From: Phoronis australis
Lineage: Eukaryota > Animalia > Phoronida
Assembly (NCBI GenBank): GCA_002633005.1
Contig: NMRA01000436.1
Location: 143,000 to 206,999 of the forward strand
Reading direction: 5' to 3'
DNA: 64,000 nt
In this document: positions 61,022-64,000 of the stretch, one piece after another
Layout: each line of letters opens with the position of its first letter
Numbering within the stretch: position 1 is the stretch's first letter
Position numbers and translations under genes: made by a program
The notes under the pieces: generated by a model
Databases searched by the model: none
Seen by the model: the letters and a program-made list of their open reading frames with translations, nothing else
Told to the model about the DNA's origin: nothing

Positions 61022-61204
61022 CTGTGCGATTAGTTAATTAGTTTTACAAGCCTGACAGTAAAATTTAAAAAATTAATGACATCTTTGGTGAGCACACATA
61101 TTTACAATCTTAGTGATGTATAAGAATTTTACGTCAAGCACAATACCATATTTTCTTTCAATAAACATTGCTGTCACTATAATAATTTTTAGAGTTATTA
61201 CTAT

Positions 61205-61800
61205 ACCATTGCCTCTGGACTCTTATACAAATTGAAATCTTATCTTCCTCTTCCAGCTCTCAAATTGATGTATAATTCACTTGTTCTTCCACATTTAAAC
61301 TATGGCATTACTACTTGGGGTTTTGGCAACACTAAGAAACTTCAAACAGCCCAGAAAAGAATACTTAGGAATATATCAAATTCCAGTTATAATGCTCACT
61401 CTCTGCCCATATGTAAGGAACTTCGCCTCCCTCTAGTTCAAGACATCTTTAAAATCTCAACTGCAAAATTTTACTACAAATTCCTCAATAATCAGCTTCC
61501 TAAGTATTTTTACACTAACAACTTCTTTAGTAAACCCATCCAATATAAGCCAACCAGACACATTAAAACTCCTTCATACCTGAATCAATACTCAGCTACT
61601 ATACCGACAATACAACACAAAATTTTAATTCCTCCGTCCAACAAATTGTCATCAAGAGCCTGTATTAGATTTCAGATGCCTCGACTTATAAACAACAACG
61701 AAATACCAGTCTCTGCTCTAAATATAATAAAAACGCATTCTTTGCAGGCATTCTCCAGGTTCTTAACCAATTTTATTATTAGCAAAGATCCATCACTTGG
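61205..61800 (+). mobile_element. 5'-truncated L2/CR1-group (Crack/Daphne-like) LINE 3' fragment
   Basis: LKLMYNSLVLPHLNYGITTWG...LQTAQKRILRNI...YNAHSLPI.KEL..L...DI: typical post-RT region of this LINE group. Confidence 0.8.
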
Positions 61801-63973
61801 GAATTGTGGGAAATTTCTACTCAACTGATAGAAGGGAACAGAACGCGGAACAAAACAGACTCAAAATGGTTCTCTGCCACTGAAATACAAGTCAAACTGT
61901 TAACCAGTTTCTTTACCATTTGTTCGTAAAGGTTTTCATTTTCTGTTGATGTCAAAGCATTTTCTTTAGTTTCAAATAAAAATCAAAGCGATCTGTCAAC
62001 TGATCGTCACTTCGACAATTTTTCTCTCACCAAACCACCCTTGTTTGTTATGGCAAGATGTAAGTGTAGCACACTTCCCTTAAATGGGAAATCTGACATT
62101 TGACCTTTGATGTAAACAAAACAATGGCTTTTTCAAGCAGCAGTCAGACCGACACCTTTTAGAGCATGCACCCATGTACACACACAAAACGTATCGAGAG
62201 TGGCGTACATGAAATAATATCCCACGAGACATTATTCCGCGTATCGATACGCGGAATAATTTCATTTAAAGTGGTTAACTCTCACGTAAGCACACCAAAA
62301 CTAGAATAGCCACGATCTGTTGAAAAGGTACTTTTTATGAGCTTTCAAGATGTCGAGATATGTGTGTTGCGGTCAGGAATTTTGCTCCGTGAAGTAGAAT
62401 TATGGAGGTTTTAGGGAAATCCCTTATGTGAAGGATTATGTAAAGTGCGTAGTCAAAATTTAATTGAAATGCATTTTATTTTCTTACCAGATGCAACCGG
62501 TTAAGAAAGGAGTTTCCAGGTGTATCTTTCCTTCTCGACTTGTTTTTAAGCACTTGCGAATTTTTTAATTCCGGCACGCAATATAACAATATCAGGTGAC
62601 TTATCAGGTGGGGAAATATTGCATATAAGGTCTACTTTCTTTTTTATTGCATTACGTGATGGATCCATGCCACTAAAATAAAAGACAAATATCACACGAG
62701 GTTTCCCTTTATCATTACATTCATATGCTTTGCAACTTTATATGTGCCTAGGCAGCGTCACGGGCATATGCTTGGACTTAAATGCGCGCGCACCTTCTCC
62801 GCTATTGGTGCGCATTTATTGTTATGACCACTGCTAGACGAATCTAATGTTTGGGATTGTTATCAATCTGCATTTAACCTGTAAAATTGCGAAGTTCGTC
62901 GTCATCAAATCGATAAGAATAACGCCAACCACGTGTTGGTAAAAACAGCTAAGAAAATAATCAAATTACAGGTGTCATTTCCAAAGTACGTTTGCATCCG
63001 AAACCTAGTCGTTAAAAGGGCAAATGTTTGAACTTCAATTGAGTGTGTGAATCTTTTTAAAAGGGAAGTTATATTAAGGTATAATTTCCGTCATATTTGC
63101 TGAATTGGGTTAAAAATCGACATACCCAATAATACAGCGATGCGCAGGTTGTTAAAATATTGATATAATATTTGATTAAGGTGTACACAATATATCATGC
63201 TTGCAAGTTGATGTTCTTTCTTATAACTGATTAATTTTCCAAACCGACGTTTAGAATTCCATCGAACACTTCAACACATCAGGGAACACTTACACCCAGT
63301 TCTGGTCGTCAGTTGGTGATTAATTTACCCAATGATCTTAATTAAATTTAATTCGTTGCCTCCAATGGAACTCAGATCATGTCCGATAATTATGTCTCGT
63401 ACGTCACAATTTATTACGTCGATGGGTGTTGCCTGTCCGCGCACACAGTCAAACAAACGCCACTGGCAAGACGGCTGGAAGTACCTGACGAGTTCTCACG
63501 GGTATTAACCTAGCCTTTACAGCAGTGCACATTTTAATTACAATTGGAAACAAAATGGTGGGCGTGTTTGTCCACATGTTAATCTGCTTGGATGGTGCTG
63601 GTCATTGTTTCGAGTTGAACGTATTTAAATGGAATATCACAAAATACACACAGTTCAATTCCCAGATACTACCAAGTCGGACAGATTATCACCAAAATAA
63701 ATATCATTGAGTGAGAAAATCTACTTATTCAAACAGTTCCAGGCCATTACATCAGCTGTACAAGTTTTGATTCAGATGATTTAAATTATAAGCGTTGTGA
63801 ATAATATGTTCGCAAACAGTTCAGGGTCATGCTTTTGCTTCAAATTCTTTCCAGAGAGCACAGGCTTAGGCATACACTTTTGTATTTTACTAGCCTCTAA
63901 GTCAGTGCCAAAGATGCCTTTATGACGACGTTAATAAAAAGCATACCGCAACATTGATTGCACCGATAAGTTA

Positions 63974-64000
63974 CAGTGGCGGATTTAGGGGGGGGGGGGG
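63974..64000. mobile_element. Start of another CAGTGGCGGATTTAGG element, truncated by window edge
   Basis: TIR matches the 771-1739 family. Confidence 0.6.

Noticed and set aside
61022-64000. First coding exon(s) of the NWD gene
   Set aside because: No segment encoding the expected upstream motif (RIF.SSTF.D...ER...LEFQ) found; probably beyond the window edge

Overview
Eukaryotic animal genomic DNA, most likely a marine invertebrate (AT-rich, spliceosomal GT-AG introns, MITE/LINE-rich, two N gaps at 1631-1702 and 40005-40689). Three protein-coding genes, all on the minus strand. (1) A DUF4062-like/NACHT/WD40 STAND NTPase gene (NWD1/NWD2-like): I traced 21 phase-compatible exons between 61021 and 31185 (4809 nt, about 1602 aa; the first exon(s) appear to lie beyond the right edge), ending in a CaaX box. 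(2) An uninterrupted ~1041-codon ORF (26742-23617) that I cannot assign to a family, with a globular-looking N-terminus and a P/Q/N/H-rich prion-like middle, below an E2F/CCAAT/CHR-like promoter. (3) ABITRAM/FAM206A/Simiate exons 1-4 (20218-12501); the last exon was not found. Repeats include a 5'-complete decayed L1/Tx1 LINE with nested insertions, a decayed mariner, an L2/CR1-group 3' fragment, a possible DIRS/Ngaro relic, several MITE families, two long foldback elements, and a head-to-head pair of TAG..CTA elements separated and flanked by three copies of one 9-bp target sequence. Two independent tandem arrays duplicate exon/donor-splice junctions of the NWD gene. All calls are by eye; no database searches were run.
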